Of a stretch of 64,000 nt of DNA, positions 1 through 13,509 are shown in pieces; within the stretch, counting starts at the first letter, position 1; each line of letters opens with the position of its first letter. The position numbers and the translations under genes are program-made. The notes beneath the pieces are model-generated. The model had not been told where the DNA came from, made no database searches, and saw only the letters and a list, made by a program, of their open reading frames with translations. Source of the DNA: Eledone cirrhosa (Eukaryota); NCBI GenBank assembly GCA_964016885.1, contig OZ024743.1:42904001-42968000 (forward strand), written 5' to 3'.

Positions 1-870
1 TGAATATATATTTATATATATATATATAGCAGGAAGAGAGTCTTAAAGTTTAGGACTCTAGTCTTTCCTCGGGATATACAATGAGAATTTACAGAAGAAA
101 TAAAAATATATATGAGATTGGGCGGTGGCAGAAAATAAAAAAAATAAAATAATTATTTGAGGAAAAACTCGATGGAACGACGTACAGCTCAGGGATCGGT
201 AGAGTGTACTTGGAGAAAGAGTTACAGAGTCGGAGAGCATGAGCAGTGGCGTTGATGTAACTCGGAAACTTTCTTTGAGCCTCCGTTGCAGGCGATACAG
301 CGCGTTTTTGTAATTTAGAGATGTAAGTATATATGGTTGATTCTCTCTCATCGATGATTCAAATTGACCATTGAACATCACCATCTACATGGTGAAACAT
401 GGTTTCTTAAGCCATAAAGGAATTATGTACGAAATAGTAAAATAGTTATTTAATATGCCGTATGTGCCGTTTTATATTTTTGTTGAATTTCACTATACTG
501 CTCATTTGTAAGTATATGTTCTTACATTCTTTGTAAATTATCTCCTGTTTTAAATGTCTGATATATTTCTATGTATGTCATTAGCTTTTGAATGTATATT
601 TCTTCAAATGAAACATTTCTAGTCCTCTAGAAGCTATTTCTATATTAAATTATATATATTACATATATATGTTTTAAAAAATTAGTCAACTACATATCAA
701 TGAATAATATCGCTTAGATTATATTTCAGAGAAGCTTATAAATACAATACAGAACTATTTCAAATAAGGTTCAGAATTGCTGGGCTGATAAAGTTTCTTT
801 ATCTTAAAGTAATTTAACGCGGTTTTCGTTTTAGTCAATTCTAAGCCTTATTTGAGACAGTTATATAACA

Positions 871-1059
871 GGCGGTGAATTGGCAGTATACGTAGAGGGT
901 TGGTCGACATGTTTTCTAGCATATTTCCATCCCATCATGGTCTGAGTTCAAAACACGTCGAGGTAAACTTTGCCTTTCATCCTTACGGGGTCGATAAAAT
1001 AAAGTACCAGTAATGCACTGGATAATTGCAGACCTTGTACCAACAGTAGAAACAGTTAT
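871..1059 (+). mobile_element. tRNA-derived SINE, degenerate
   Basis: A-box-like ggtgaattggc, B-box-like gagttcaaa, body ctttgcctttcatcc..ggggtcgataaaataaagtaccag. Related copies at 26611 and 50481; the same tail occurs at 40385. Confidence 0.75.
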
Positions 1060-1532
1060 ATATTTCGATTTGTAAGCGATATTATTTGTTGAGATCTAAT
1101 GTGTATAACCAAATAAACTTTACATATAAACTAATTCCTTCTCCTTGAATGTCGAGTTGATAGAAGTTTTCAAATAACTGCTATTTCTAGTAAAAATGTT
1201 ATTCTCGTCACATTGCCTGTAGTGTACAAAGTTTTACCTTGTGCATTATTGTGCACCATTAATTGCGGCAAACAAGATAAATATATTATCCCTCTCAACA
1301 GAAAATCCTCTCTAATGAACAAGCATGTTTCTAGCGGAGATAAACCATCTTAATTAATTGAGATGGCAAATTGTGTTATTTTAGTTTGCTAAAAACCATA
1401 GATTCAGATAACTTGACAAAAATTTGCCTATTGGCTGCTACGCGTAAAAAGGTTTCTCTATTTTAACGTACTTTACTGTGATCTTCCATTTAGACAATTA
1501 TGAGCCTTATTTGAGATAGTTCTTGACACACT

Positions 1533-2289
<757 letters not shown>

Positions 2290-2298
2290 ATATATATA

Positions 2299-2336
<38 letters not shown>

Positions 2337-2356
2337 TATATATGTGTATATATATA

Positions 2357-2438
<82 letters not shown>

Positions 2439-2444
<6 letters not shown>

Positions 2445-2889
2445 TACTTGGGGAGGGTCATATTTGCGTAATATTGCCAGAATTAATAACAGAACACACT
2501 CACTGTTTGGTTGACTAAATAAATAGACTGAATAAAAAAAATGGCGTAGACATACAACACAACAGGAGGAAAAAATATAACACCACTGACGATGTTGCAG
2601 ATGGGCAACGAAAGATTTATGTACATTATGTAAACTATATATATGTATTTGTGTCTATATTGTATCTGTATTATTTTTGACCGTCGCTCAGTCAATGGCA
2701 ACATTGAGGACCGAGTAAGTTAGATCGCAGATATAAAAGACAGCGAGAAGCGAAAACCAACCAAACAGTGAGTGTGTTCTGTTATTAATTCTGGCAATAT
2801 TACGCAAATATGACCCTCCCCAAGTATAACAATATTTGTTTCGACACACGATTTCATATAAAAAACCTCGCTAAACTAATTCATCGCCG

Positions 2890-2890
<1 letters not shown>
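2439..2890 (+). mobile_element. Solo pLTR of PLE family 1 with short inverted 5' segment
   Basis: 2513-2890 matches 7150-7519; 2439-2512 is an inverted copy of 2757-2830. Flanked by (TA)n. HHR-like core CTGACGA-tgttgc..gcaac-GAAA at 2586-2613. Confidence 0.85.
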
Positions 2891-2935
<45 letters not shown>

Positions 2936-2954
2936 ATATATATATATTTATATA

Positions 2955-3037
<83 letters not shown>

Positions 3038-3562
3038 ATACTTGGGGAGGGTCATATTTGCGTAATATTGCCAGAATTAATAACAGAACACACTCACTGT
3101 TTGGTTGGTTTTCGCTTCTCGCTGTCTTTTATATCTGCGATCTAACTTACTCGGTCCTCAATGTTGCCATTGACTGGCCGGCGGTCAAAAATAATACAGA
3201 TACAATATAGACACAAACACATATATATAGTTTACATAATTTACATAAATCTTTCGTTGCACATCTGCAACATCGTCAGTGGTGTTATATTCATTGTTCC
3301 TCCTGTTGTGTTGTATGTCTACGCCATTTTTTTTGTTCAGTCTGTCTATATATTTATTTATTTATTTGCTTGTTTGTTTATCTTATTTTATTTTGTCTTC
3401 TTTGCGCATGCGTTTGCGTGTGTGTATAGTGTTATGTGTGATGTGTGACTAGTGTGTATAGTGTTGTGTCTGCTGGGTGACTAGTGTGTGTTTATGTGCT
3501 TGTGGTTATTGTGCTTGTGTATGTATTTATTTATCTTATTTTATTAAATTGTATTTACTTAT

Positions 3563-5140
3563 TTATACTTCTCTTAGGTCAGTGTTGTTTGTTTGGGTGT
3601 TGTTGTTGTTCCACTCATTCTTTCTGTTTAGCTTTGGTCTTCTAATTTCTATTTCACTGGCCTCTCTGATTTGCCTATCTGCTGGGTCATTCCTATGTTT
3701 AGATATTATTCTAATTTCTATGTTGTCTATGTTACCGTCATGTTGCTGTCTAGCATGTTCGTATAGTACTGATCCGTTTTTTCGTCCTTTTAGTTCCCCC
3801 CAGTGTTGGTCTATCCTTTCACCTATGCTACGAGCTGTCTCACCTATGTATGTTGTTGTCATGTTTCTGCAAGTACCCTCTGTACATCTTATGCTATAGA
3901 CTACGTTTCTAGTTTTACAGTTTATCCGGGGGTTCACCTTACATATGATACATTTCCTATTGGTACAGTGGGTTTTCTTAAAAGGGTAGGTTTTGCTGAT
4001 CAGGGATTTTATGGTGGTTCCTGGCTTTTCTACCACCTTTATTTTTAAGTGGGCCTTTCTCAGGGCCTTTCTACACTGGTTAGCTAATTTCCCTCCAGGG
4101 GTGGCGTCCACAAACATGACACTCTGATATCTCTGGTTGTCGTACCATGATGTGGCCTTCCCTATCTTATGTCTATCCCTATCTAAGCTATTCCATGATT
4201 TGCTCCTGTATAGTGGGCAAATTCCTTTCATGTCCAGTTCTATGAGGGTCTTATACTTTTCCATGGCTCCTTCGTATACTCTGACTCTGTCTCTTTGGTT
4301 GTAGCCAGAGAACTGCATGCGGTTGATAAAGTGTTGGATGTGTCCTTCCATTTCTGTTGGGTCGCACATGCTGGACACATTCTTCATCACTCGTACCAAA
4401 TCTGCGATCAGAATATTAAACTTAGCACTACTGGACATTGCTGAGTTTTTGAGTATCAGGTATTTGGAGGCCATGGGTTTAGCATAGTGTGAGTGGAGAA
4501 TTTGGGCTCTCTCGTCTATAGTGTTAATCCAGAGATCTGTGTCTAATACAGGTAGTCTATTGTTAGGGTGTTTGGAAGGGAAGTCTATAGTTACAGTTAT
4601 ACTCTGGTGTATGGAATTAGCTATCTGCTGGATGCTTTCCATCGTGCTACGTTCTAAATCAAACTTGTTAGTGCTCTCTAGTGGGGGTGTTCTTATAACT
4701 ATATTGATATCGTCTACATAACGAGAGTACATGATGAGGTCTATGGAGCTTTCATTAAGGAGATCTTTAAGTCTCCTTTCCCACCATACCATGAAAAGGT
4801 TGGCAACATCACCAGCTATGCTGACGCCGATGGCTGCTCCCTCATTTTGGGTGTAGATTTTCTCATTGAACTTAAATATGTGGCCCTTTAGGGTAGTTTT
4901 GATACTAGCCCCTATTGCATGTGCGACCATTTTTCCTACCTGATCAGTGTTTTGGGGGGTCCGTATAGCTTTGGTCCACCCAATCCACCTTCCTATGGGA
5001 GTCTTTTTAGCCATTGAGGTTATGGTGGGGGGTCTACCTCTTATAGGTCTACTAGGGCAGAAACATCTAAGATCATGGCTGTCTAGGTAGTCAGTGTCGT
5101 AGCTAAGTCTAAGTAGGAGGCCCAGTTCGTCTGTGTCGAC
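3563..5140 (-). CDS. Inverted copy of the PLE RT + GIY-YIG ORF, truncated further; track residues from 5141-5362 are antisense spacer
   Basis: Same protein from VDTDELGLLL onward with about 10 aa differences and no stops. Confidence 0.88.
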   Translation of the reverse strand, partial: VDTDELGLLLRLSYDTDYLDSHDLRCFCPSRPIRGRPPTITSMAKKTPIGRWIGWTKAIRTPQNTDQVGKMVAHAIGASIKTTLKGHIFKFNEKIYTQNEGAAIGVSIAGDVANLFMVWWERRLKDLLNESSIDLIMYSRYVDDINIVIRTPPLESTNKFDLERSTMESIQQIANSIHQSITVTIDFPSKHPNNRLPVLDTDLWINTIDERAQILHSHYAKPMASKYLILKNSAMSSSAKFNILIADLVRVMKNVSSMCDPTEMEGHIQHFINRMQFSGYNQRDRVRVYEGAMEKYKTLIELDMKGICPLYRSKSWNSLDRDRHKIGKATSWYDNQRYQSVMFVDATPGGKLANQCRKALRKAHLKIKVVEKPGTTIKSLISKTYPFKKTHCTNRKCIICKVNPRINCKTRNVVYSIRCTEGTCRNMTTTYIGETARSIGERIDQHWGELKGRKNGSVLYEHARQQHDGNIDNIEIRIISKHRNDPADRQIREASEIEIRRPKLNRKNEWNNNNTQTNNTDLREV

Positions 5141-6932
5141 GGTTATACGCCCCATAATCAAGATGTCCCCAGATGTATGTGAAAGTACAGAGGACCTCCT
5201 CAGCAGAATCAGTGAGTGCAACAAAAACAGGAGCCTATCCAACTGCATAATAGGCAGCATGGATGTGGTGTCACTGTACCCATCCATTAACATTGATTTT
5301 GCTGTGAAAAGATGTGTGGAAATGATCATTGAGAGTGAGGTGGAGTTCTGCGACGTCGACACAGACGAACTGGGCCTCCTACTTAGACTTACCTACGACA
5401 CTGACTACCTAGATAGCCATGACCTTAGATGTTTCTGCCCTAGCAGACCTATAAGAGGTAGACCCCCCACCATAACCTCAATGGCTAAAAAGACTCCCAT
5501 AGGAAGGTGGATTGGGTGGACCAAAGCTATACGGACCCCCCAAAACACTGATCAGGTAAGAAAAATGGTCGCACATGCAATAGGGGCTAGTATCAAAACT
5601 ACCCTAAAGGGCCACATATTTAAGTTCAATGAGAAAATCTACACCCAAAATGAGGGAGCAGCCATCGGCGTCAGCATAACTGGTGATGTTGCCAACCTTT
5701 TCATGGTATGGTGGGAAAGGAGACTTAAAGATCTCCTTAATGAAAGCTCCATAGACCTCATCATGTACTCTCGTTATGTAGACGATATCAATATAGTTAT
5801 AAGAACACCCCCACTAGAGAGCACTAACAAGTTTGATTTAAAACGTAGCACGATGGAAAGCATCCAGCAGATAGCTAATTCCATACACCAGAGTATAACT
5901 GTAACTATAGACTTCCCTTCCAAACACCCTAACAATAGACTACCTGTATTAGACACAGAACTCTGGATTAACACTATAGACGAGAGAGCCCAAATTCTCC
6001 ACTCACACTATGCTAAACCCATGGCCTCCAAATACCTGATACTCAAAAACTCAGCAATGTCCAGTAGTGCTAAGTTTAATATTCTGATCGCAGATTTGGT
6101 ACGAGTGATGAAGAATGTGTCCAGCATGTGCGACCCAACAGAAATGGAAGGACACATCCAACACTTCATCAACCGCATGCAGTTCTCTGGCTACAACCAA
6201 AGAGACAGAGTCAGAGTATACGAAGGAGCCATGGAAAAGTATAAGACCCTCATAGAACTGGACATGAAAGGAATTTGCCCACTATACAAGAGCAAATCAT
6301 GGAATAGCTTAGATAGGGCTAGACATAAGATAGGGAAGGCCACATCATGGTACGACAACCAGAGATATCAGAGTGTCATGTTTGTGGACGCCACCCCTGG
6401 AGGGAAATTTGCTAACCAGTGTAGAAAGGCCCTGAGAAAGACCCACTTAAAAATAAAGGTGGTAGAAAAGCCAGGAACCACCATAAAATCCCTGATCAGC
6501 AAAACCTACCCTTTTAAGAAAACCCACTGTACCAATAGGGAATGTATCATATGTAAGGTGAACCCCCGGATAAACTGTAAAACTAGAAACGTAGTCTATA
6601 GCATAAGATGTACAGAGGGTACTTGCAGAAACATGACAACAACATACATAGGTGAGACAGCTCGTAGCATAGGTGAAAGGATAGACCAACACTGGGGGGA
6701 ACTAAAAGGACGAAAAAACGGGTCAGTACTATACGAACATGCTAGACAGCAACATGACGGTAACATAGATAACATAGAAATTAGAATAATATCTAAACAT
6801 AGGAATGACCCAGCAGATAGGCAAATCAGAGAGGCCAGTGAAATAGAAATTAGAAGACCAAAGCTAAACAGAAAGAATGAGTGGAACAACAACAACACCC
6901 AAACAAACAACACTGACCTAAGAGAAGTATAA
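5133..6932 (+). CDS. PLE reverse transcriptase + GIY-YIG endonuclease, N-terminally truncated, open frame
   Basis: SMDVVSLYPSI, QNEGAAIG, YSRYVDD, Cys linker CTNRECIIC, VVYSIRC...YIGETARSIGERIDQH...REA..I...RPKLN. Confidence 0.92.
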   Translation: MSTVIRPIIKMSPDVCESTEDLLSRISECNKNRSLSNCIIGSMDVVSLYPSINIDFAVKRCVEMIIESEVEFCDVDTDELGLLLRLTYDTDYLDSHDLRCFCPSRPIRGRPPTITSMAKKTPIGRWIGWTKAIRTPQNTDQVRKMVAHAIGASIKTTLKGHIFKFNEKIYTQNEGAAIGVSITGDVANLFMVWWERRLKDLLNESSIDLIMYSRYVDDINIVIRTPPLESTNKFDLKRSTMESIQQIANSIHQSITVTIDFPSKHPNNRLPVLDTELWINTIDERAQILHSHYAKPMASKYLILKNSAMSSSAKFNILIADLVRVMKNVSSMCDPTEMEGHIQHFINRMQFSGYNQRDRVRVYEGAMEKYKTLIELDMKGICPLYKSKSWNSLDRARHKIGKATSWYDNQRYQSVMFVDATPGGKFANQCRKALRKTHLKIKVVEKPGTTIKSLISKTYPFKKTHCTNRECIICKVNPRINCKTRNVVYSIRCTEGTCRNMTTTYIGETARSIGERIDQHWGELKGRKNGSVLYEHARQQHDGNIDNIEIRIISKHRNDPADRQIREASEIEIRRPKLNRKNEWNNNNTQTNNTDLREV

Positions 6933-7208
6933 ATAAGTAAATACAATTTAATAAAATAAGATAAATAAATACATACACAAGCACAATAACAACAAGCACA
7001 TAAACACACACTAGTCACCCAGCAGACACAACACTATACACACTAGTCACACATCACACATAACACTATACACACACGCAAACGCATGCGCAAAGAAGAC
7101 AAAATAAAATAAGATAAACAAACAAGCAAATAAATAAATAAATATATAGACAGACTGAACAAAAAAATGGCGTAGACATACAACACAACAGGAGGAACAA
7201 TGAATATA

Positions 7209-7252
7209 ACACCACTGACGATGTTGCAGATGTGCAACGAAAGATTTATGTA
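7209..7252 (+). ncRNA. Minimal type I hammerhead in the family 1 pLTR (also at 3243-3285 - and 2581-2622 +)
   Basis: cca-CTGACGA-t-gttgca gatg tgcaac-GAAA-gatt-TA-tg. Stem I is short. HHRs in PLE pLTRs are established. Confidence 0.6.
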
Positions 7253-7518
7253 AATTATGTAATCTATATATATGTGTTTGTGTCTATATTGTATCTGTAT
7301 TATTTTTGACCGCCGGTCAGTCAATGGCAACATTGAGGACCGAGTAATTTAGATCGCAGATATAAAAGACAGCGAGAAGCGAAAACCAACCAAACAGTGA
7401 GTGTGTTCTGTTATTAATTCTGGCAATATTACGCAAATATGACCCTCCCCAAGTATAACAATATCTGTTTCGACACACGATTTCATATAAAAAACCTCGC
7501 AAAACTAATTCATCGCCG

Positions 7519-7604
<86 letters not shown>

Positions 7605-7797
7605 TCAGGTTTGAGGTTCACCACTGTATAGAGCTGATCTATTCCGTATGGTCAATCGTAATGCAATAATATAGAGAGTACTCAACGTAAAGCAGTTCAA
7701 CCGTCCCTGTTTTTGTAGTTGGTGGTGCTATTACGGAGTTAAATATTGTAATGAAATGACAGGATGCTGGATTTGTGTAAATCTTTGAAAGGTTTAT

Positions 7798-7856
7798 TAT
7801 ACTATGATCATTTCAATGACCGGGTTCCGTATGAATCCGGTGATATCATCAGGTAT
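7798..7856 (-). ncRNA. Type I hammerhead ribozyme, inverted copy of 9807-9864
   Basis: Reverse complement of the 9807-9864 motif. Confidence 0.75.
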
Positions 7857-9806
7857 TCGAAATATAATACGTGAATGTAATAGATAAAATCCATGGGGCT
7901 GAAAATTGAGGACCCGAGGGCGACCGCTATTCTGTTCCTTCAACCTCAGCCGGTCGCCCTGGAGTGACGTGGCTAAAGTTTATAGTATGCTACTACCGGT
8001 CAGATAAACGAAAACAGAAAGGGATGGGGACATAAGTTAACGTCGATCTCATGACACAAGGTAAAAGAAAGAAAGAAAGGAAGGAGAGAGAAGAAGGAGG
8101 AAGAAAGAAGAGAAGCCAGGGTTAATGTCAGCTAAAAGAAGAAAGGCAACTACTACGGGTCAGATATAGGCAAGCAAGAGGGGGAAGGAAGATAAGTCTG
8201 CGGCAGGAAGACAGGAAGAGGGGAGAAGAGAAGGAAGAGAAGAGAGAAGTAGAAAAGTAAGGGTTGATGGCTACAAGAAGGAAGATAGAAAGAAAGAGGA
8301 AGAAAGGTCGATATTAGAGTCAGACCACAGTCAAGCCAGGAGTGGCGCGAGAACATTTTCACAGGGACCCGCATCTTAGCAGAGGTGAATATATTGGGAG
8401 TCAGTGTGTTGCAGTGTTTAGACTTTTAGGATGAAGCTAAACAAATTAATAATCAATATTCAATATTAAAGAGGTTAGAAAATTTAAAGTTCAACTGTTT
8501 AACATTTTATTATATAATAGTTCCGATTTGTTCTGTAATTTAAAGGTACTATGTGGCGGTTAAAACACCGGCTGCGCTCCGGGCCCCATGGCGAATTAAG
8601 CTACGCCGTGTATTTTCATTTACCGAAAGAAGGGAAAATTTATTTTTCCAAGCACTCCAGGTGAGCTCGTTCGCCAGGGAGCCGGTCGCGCCGCCATTAA
8701 AACCCACCCAACAGTCCGACAGAAAGTTGGAACTTTAAAATTTTGCTTAGAGAAGTAAAAGAGTAATGGTTGATAGCTACAAGAAGGAAGATAGAAAGAG
8801 AGAGGAAGGAAGGTCGATATTAATGTCACACCACAGTCGGGCCAGGAGTGACGCGACAAAATGTTCACAGGGACCCGAATCTTAGCAGAGGTGAATATAT
8901 TGGGGGTCAGTGTGTTACAATGTTTAGACTTATAGGATGAAGTTAAAAAATTAATAATCAATATTCCATATTAAAGAAGTTAGAAAATTTAAAGCTCAAC
9001 AGTTTCAGGTTGATATATCTAATAGTTCCGATTTGTTCTGTAATTTAAAGGTACTATGTGGCGGTTAAAACACCGGCCGCGCCCCGGGCCCCATGGCGAA
9101 TTAAGCTACGCCGAGTATTTTCATTTACCGAAAGAAGGGGAAATTTATTTTTCCAAGCACTCCAGGTGAGCTCGAAATTTTCTAACCTCTTTAATATTGA
9201 ATATTGATTATTAATTTTTTTAGCTTCATCCTAGAAGTCTAAACACTGCAACACACTGACTCCCAATATATTCACCTCTGCTAAGATGCGGCTCCCTGTG
9301 AAAATTTTCTCGCGCCACTCCTGGCTTGACTGTGGTCTGACACTAATATCGACCTTTCTTCCTCTTTCTTTCTATCTTCCTTCTTGTAGCCATCAACCCT
9401 TACTTTTCTACTTCTCTCTTCTCTTCCTTCTCTTCTCCCCTCTTCCTGTCTTCCTGCCGCAGACTTATCTTCCTTCCCCCTCTTGCTTGCCTATATCTGA
9501 CCCGTAGTAGTTGCCTTTCTTCTTTTAGCTGACATTAATCCTGGCTTCTCTTCTTCTTTCTTCCCCCTTCTTCTCTCTCCTTCCTTTCTTTCTTTCTTTT
9601 ACCTTGTGTCATGAGATCGACGTTAACTTATGTCCCCATCCCTTTCTGTTTTCGTTTATCTGACCGGTAGTAGCATACTATAAATTTTAGCCACGTCACT
9701 CCATGGCGACCGGCTGAGGTTGAAGGAACAGAATAGCGGTCGCCCTCGGGTCCTCGATTTTCAGCCCCATGGATTTTATCTATTACATTCACGTATTATA
9801 TTTCGA

Positions 9807-9864
9807 ATACCTGATGATATCACCGGATTCATACGGAACCCGGTCATTGAAATGATCATAGTAT
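9807..9864 (+). ncRNA. Type I hammerhead ribozyme
   Basis: atac-CTGATGA-..accgg..ccggt..-GAAA-tgatca-TA-gtat: stem I atac/gtat, palindromic stem III, AUA triplet. Confidence 0.75.
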
Positions 9865-9919
9865 AATAAACCTTTCAAGAATTTACACAAATCCAGCCTC
9901 CTGTCATTTCATTATATTA

Positions 9920-10003
<84 letters not shown>

Positions 10004-10010
<7 letters not shown>

Positions 10011-10482
10011 GTTAAAGATGTACATCCATATATGTATACTGAAATACTAGTATGTATATGAATACACACACGTATACATATGTAGATGTACCAAGTTTTT
10101 TTTTCACTGGTCACTTTACTGTGAGTGGCCAGCTATTCTGTATGTAAACACACAGACAAACCGGTTTTTAGAGTCATACTGGTTTTTGAGGAAACACCTT
10201 TCCTCTATTCTCCAGAAAGCCAGACAAGGAATATTGAACTAGTTTCGTTGTTGTTACAACTCATCAGCAATATTTACCTATCTTCCGGCCTCTCTAGAGA
10301 ATCGTAAAAGCACATATCGTTATATGCTTTTTCTATGAAAATTAGTAGTGGGCAGACTAATTTGCATAGAGTGTGAGTAAGTATACATATATGGATGTAC
10401 ATCTTTAACTTAATTGTTTAAGCGTCAGTCATACAAAAGTGAGTTACAAACGAAACGAAATTTAATTTCGTTTCGTTATTTG

Positions 10483-10488
<6 letters not shown>
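10004..10488 (-). mobile_element. Non-coding HHR element between (TA)n tracts
   Basis: ~10005-10038 is inverted relative to 10381-10414. Contains an HHR at 10230-10274 and a terminal hairpin acgaaacgaaatt/aatttcgtttcgt at ~10450-10476. Confidence 0.75.
10230..10274 (-). ncRNA. Minimal type I hammerhead ribozyme
   Basis: aatattg-CTGATGA-gttg taacaa caac-GAAA-ctag-TT-caatatt: perfect 7-bp stem I, 4-bp stem II, palindromic stem III, GUU triplet. Confidence 0.88.
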
Positions 10489-11004
<516 letters not shown>

Positions 11005-11649
11005 TATATAGTTTATTAGGTTCCTTGGGCAGCTACAGGAGAACTGACCAAACGTAGTTGGTCTGAAGTTAAGTTAAATGGATTACTGAACAGTGTGCAC
11101 CTTCAAATCAATTGTACCTAAAGACAAAGCATCCGCGTTGAAACCGGTAAACCATCCATTATTGATATGAACAATTATCATCATGATGATAATATCATTA
11201 TCACCAATATCATAACTGTCATCATTATCATCTGGATGAACATCGTTGTCATCGTGGTTGTCATCGTACTATTAAGTCATAAACTAAAATAAATGTATTT
11301 TTATGATTCAGCTACATATACTGTGGCATGTTTATTTGAAAACGAAAGTGGATGATGTCAAGCACCAGAAAATTACAAATCCGAAATATTTTATAAAAAG
11401 AAATGAAAAAAAAACATAAGAAAGTTGACTTTTTTCTTCGATAGGGAAATGTAATATTTGGTTGAATTTAATTAAAAATCCATAGAAATCAAGGTCGACT
11501 CTTTGTAAGGATAGCACATGTACGTACATATGGGCATGCAACGTCAAATAGAAATGAGAGCAAACACACACAAATATACACACATAATATTTAAATATAT
11601 GTGCGTGTTTGTAGGCGTGTGAATAAGTGCGTCGTACGTGCGTGTAAAT

Positions 11650-11845
<196 letters not shown>

Positions 11846-11847
11846 AT

Positions 11848-12257
11848 CTCCGGGAGACATGACCCCTTAGCCTTTGTCAAGGCAGAATTCTAGGAGAAGG
11901 AAAACTCTGATATAACACCTGCAACCCTGATGGTATCCAATGATTTTGACTTGTTCTTCTTTTTGGTAAATATCATCTTGGTTAAGAGAGTGGGACTGGC
12001 TTTGTGCAGTGCTTTGCTCACTATAAAAGCTTCACGGCACAGGCATTGCTCTATATCTCGAGATCTCTTTGCCCATGTCGTTACATGGTAACATGGGCCC
12101 AGCACTATGTGTCAATAATTGTCACAAGTGTAGTATTTGTACCAGAGTTTTCAAGTCGCTGGCTGGACTAAAAAGTCACACTCGTTCAGCGCATCGGTAG
12201 CGGTTCTCCTACATGGATATAAAGTAGTGGCCGTACTCGAAATCGAGTTGGTAGCCA

Positions 12258-12260
<3 letters not shown>
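11848..12260 (+). mobile_element. Fragment of an internally deleted RTE-type LINE derivative
   Basis: Diverged inverted copy of 13506-13918. Ends at the same ..gccacca|(TA)n point. Confidence 0.65.
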
Positions 12261-12337
<77 letters not shown>

Positions 12338-12349
12338 TGTATATATATA

Positions 12350-12396
<47 letters not shown>
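12261..12396. repeat. (TA)n + (GATA)n microsatellite
   Basis: Read directly from the sequence. Confidence 0.97.
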
Positions 12397-12397
<1 letters not shown>

Positions 12398-13019
12398 CTG
12401 TGCGTGTGTGTGAGGTAGAGAGAGTGTGTGTTTGTGTGTTTGTATATGTGACAGCAAGTCCCCCAAGGAGCAGGTTTTCTCTCGATATTCGATGTCCTAA
12501 CTTATTAGAATATCGTATATCCATCTTACACGGTGAAATCGCTGTAGGGACATCTCAAGTAGGTTAATCTGTCATGATTTTATCTTGCATTTTCCCAGAT
12601 AGATCGATACCCTCACTAAAGATCCGGATCGATTATCTAACTGCACCGATATTTGGAAAAATATATTCATGATTTGTGAAGGATACATGACAGGGAAATA
12701 TATATGATTTATATCAGGTTACTATATTTTAAATTGATGTTAAATTTTAATATGATACAATAACGAATTATGTATTCTTACATTCTATAAAGATAATCTC
12801 TTGTTAAAGTTTATATGTCCTATTATACATTTATATTATAAGATATTTATGTATACATGTCATTCACTACTTCGTAATGATCACATGCTTGAATTTATTC
12901 TTTGAAATTTTGGTTTTAGCTTATTTTGGGAGACCAGACACATGTTCGAGAATATCTCAAACATGACATTTATAACTTTTAATGTAATATATATAATATT
13001 ATATATATATATTTCTATC

Positions 13020-13428
13020 CAGGGCGGTTAACATTCCCGAGATCCATGGACGTGTTCTCTCTAGTGGTTTCTGACCCTGATCATCGCTGCCATGTACAGC
13101 GTCTCCAAGAGATCAGTGTCTGTTTTTAGGGCATCAACAAATGTCGACCTCTGTCATCCTCATCCAGTGTGTCCATACAGAGGATCCCAGAGGAGCACTG
13201 AGTATAATGTCAACTCTGGATGTCAGTGAGCATGTGCAGCTAGTCTTAGTCTCCTCTGTACTACTTTCGAGCACATTTTTGGGGGGTTCCCGTACAGTTC
13301 TGAGTTCTTCATCGTCAGTGTATACTGATTAATGTTCAGAGCCATCCTCAGCATTCTCCTGTAGAACCAATCCACAGTGAGTTTCTTGGTCAGTATCCAA
13401 TATATATATATACATATATATATAAGTT

Positions 13429-13509
<81 letters not shown>

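Larger units (their letters stand above)
3032..7519. mobile_element. Penelope-like retroelement family 1, 5'-truncated, inverted duplication (palindrome)
   Basis: Arms 3032-5140 (-) and 5355-7463 (+) are near-identical reverse complements around a ~214 bp spacer. (TA)n on both sides. Confidence 0.95.
7741..9922. mobile_element. Non-coding/degenerate PLE-like palindromic element with an HHR in each arm
   Basis: Arms ~7741-8484 and ~9175-9922 are reverse complements. Internal tandem duplication 8243-8748 / 8749-9174. Right end abuts (TA)n. Confidence 0.85.

Noticed and set aside
365-410. HHR-like accat..atggt-GAAA-catg
   Set aside because: No CUGANGA core and no stem I; at best a decayed remnant.
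780-1521. Direct repeat agccttatttgaga.agtt (~844 and ~1503) as a TSD
   Set aside because: The similarity extends upstream in degenerate form, indicating an old small duplication rather than a TSD.
3477-4721. Antisense and shadow ORFs over PLE, Tx1 and R4 coding regions
   Set aside because: No protein motifs; explained by the strand compositional bias of the real ORFs.
3563-6932. A/G differences between the palindrome arms as an ADAR-editing signature
   Set aside because: Too few sites, changes run in both directions, and the older paralog has G at several of them (SIAG, YRSK), so these are G-to-A changes.
11080-11160. GAAA-ccgg-TA half-hammerhead
   Set aside because: The upstream core is only ctgaaca and the stems do not pair convincingly.
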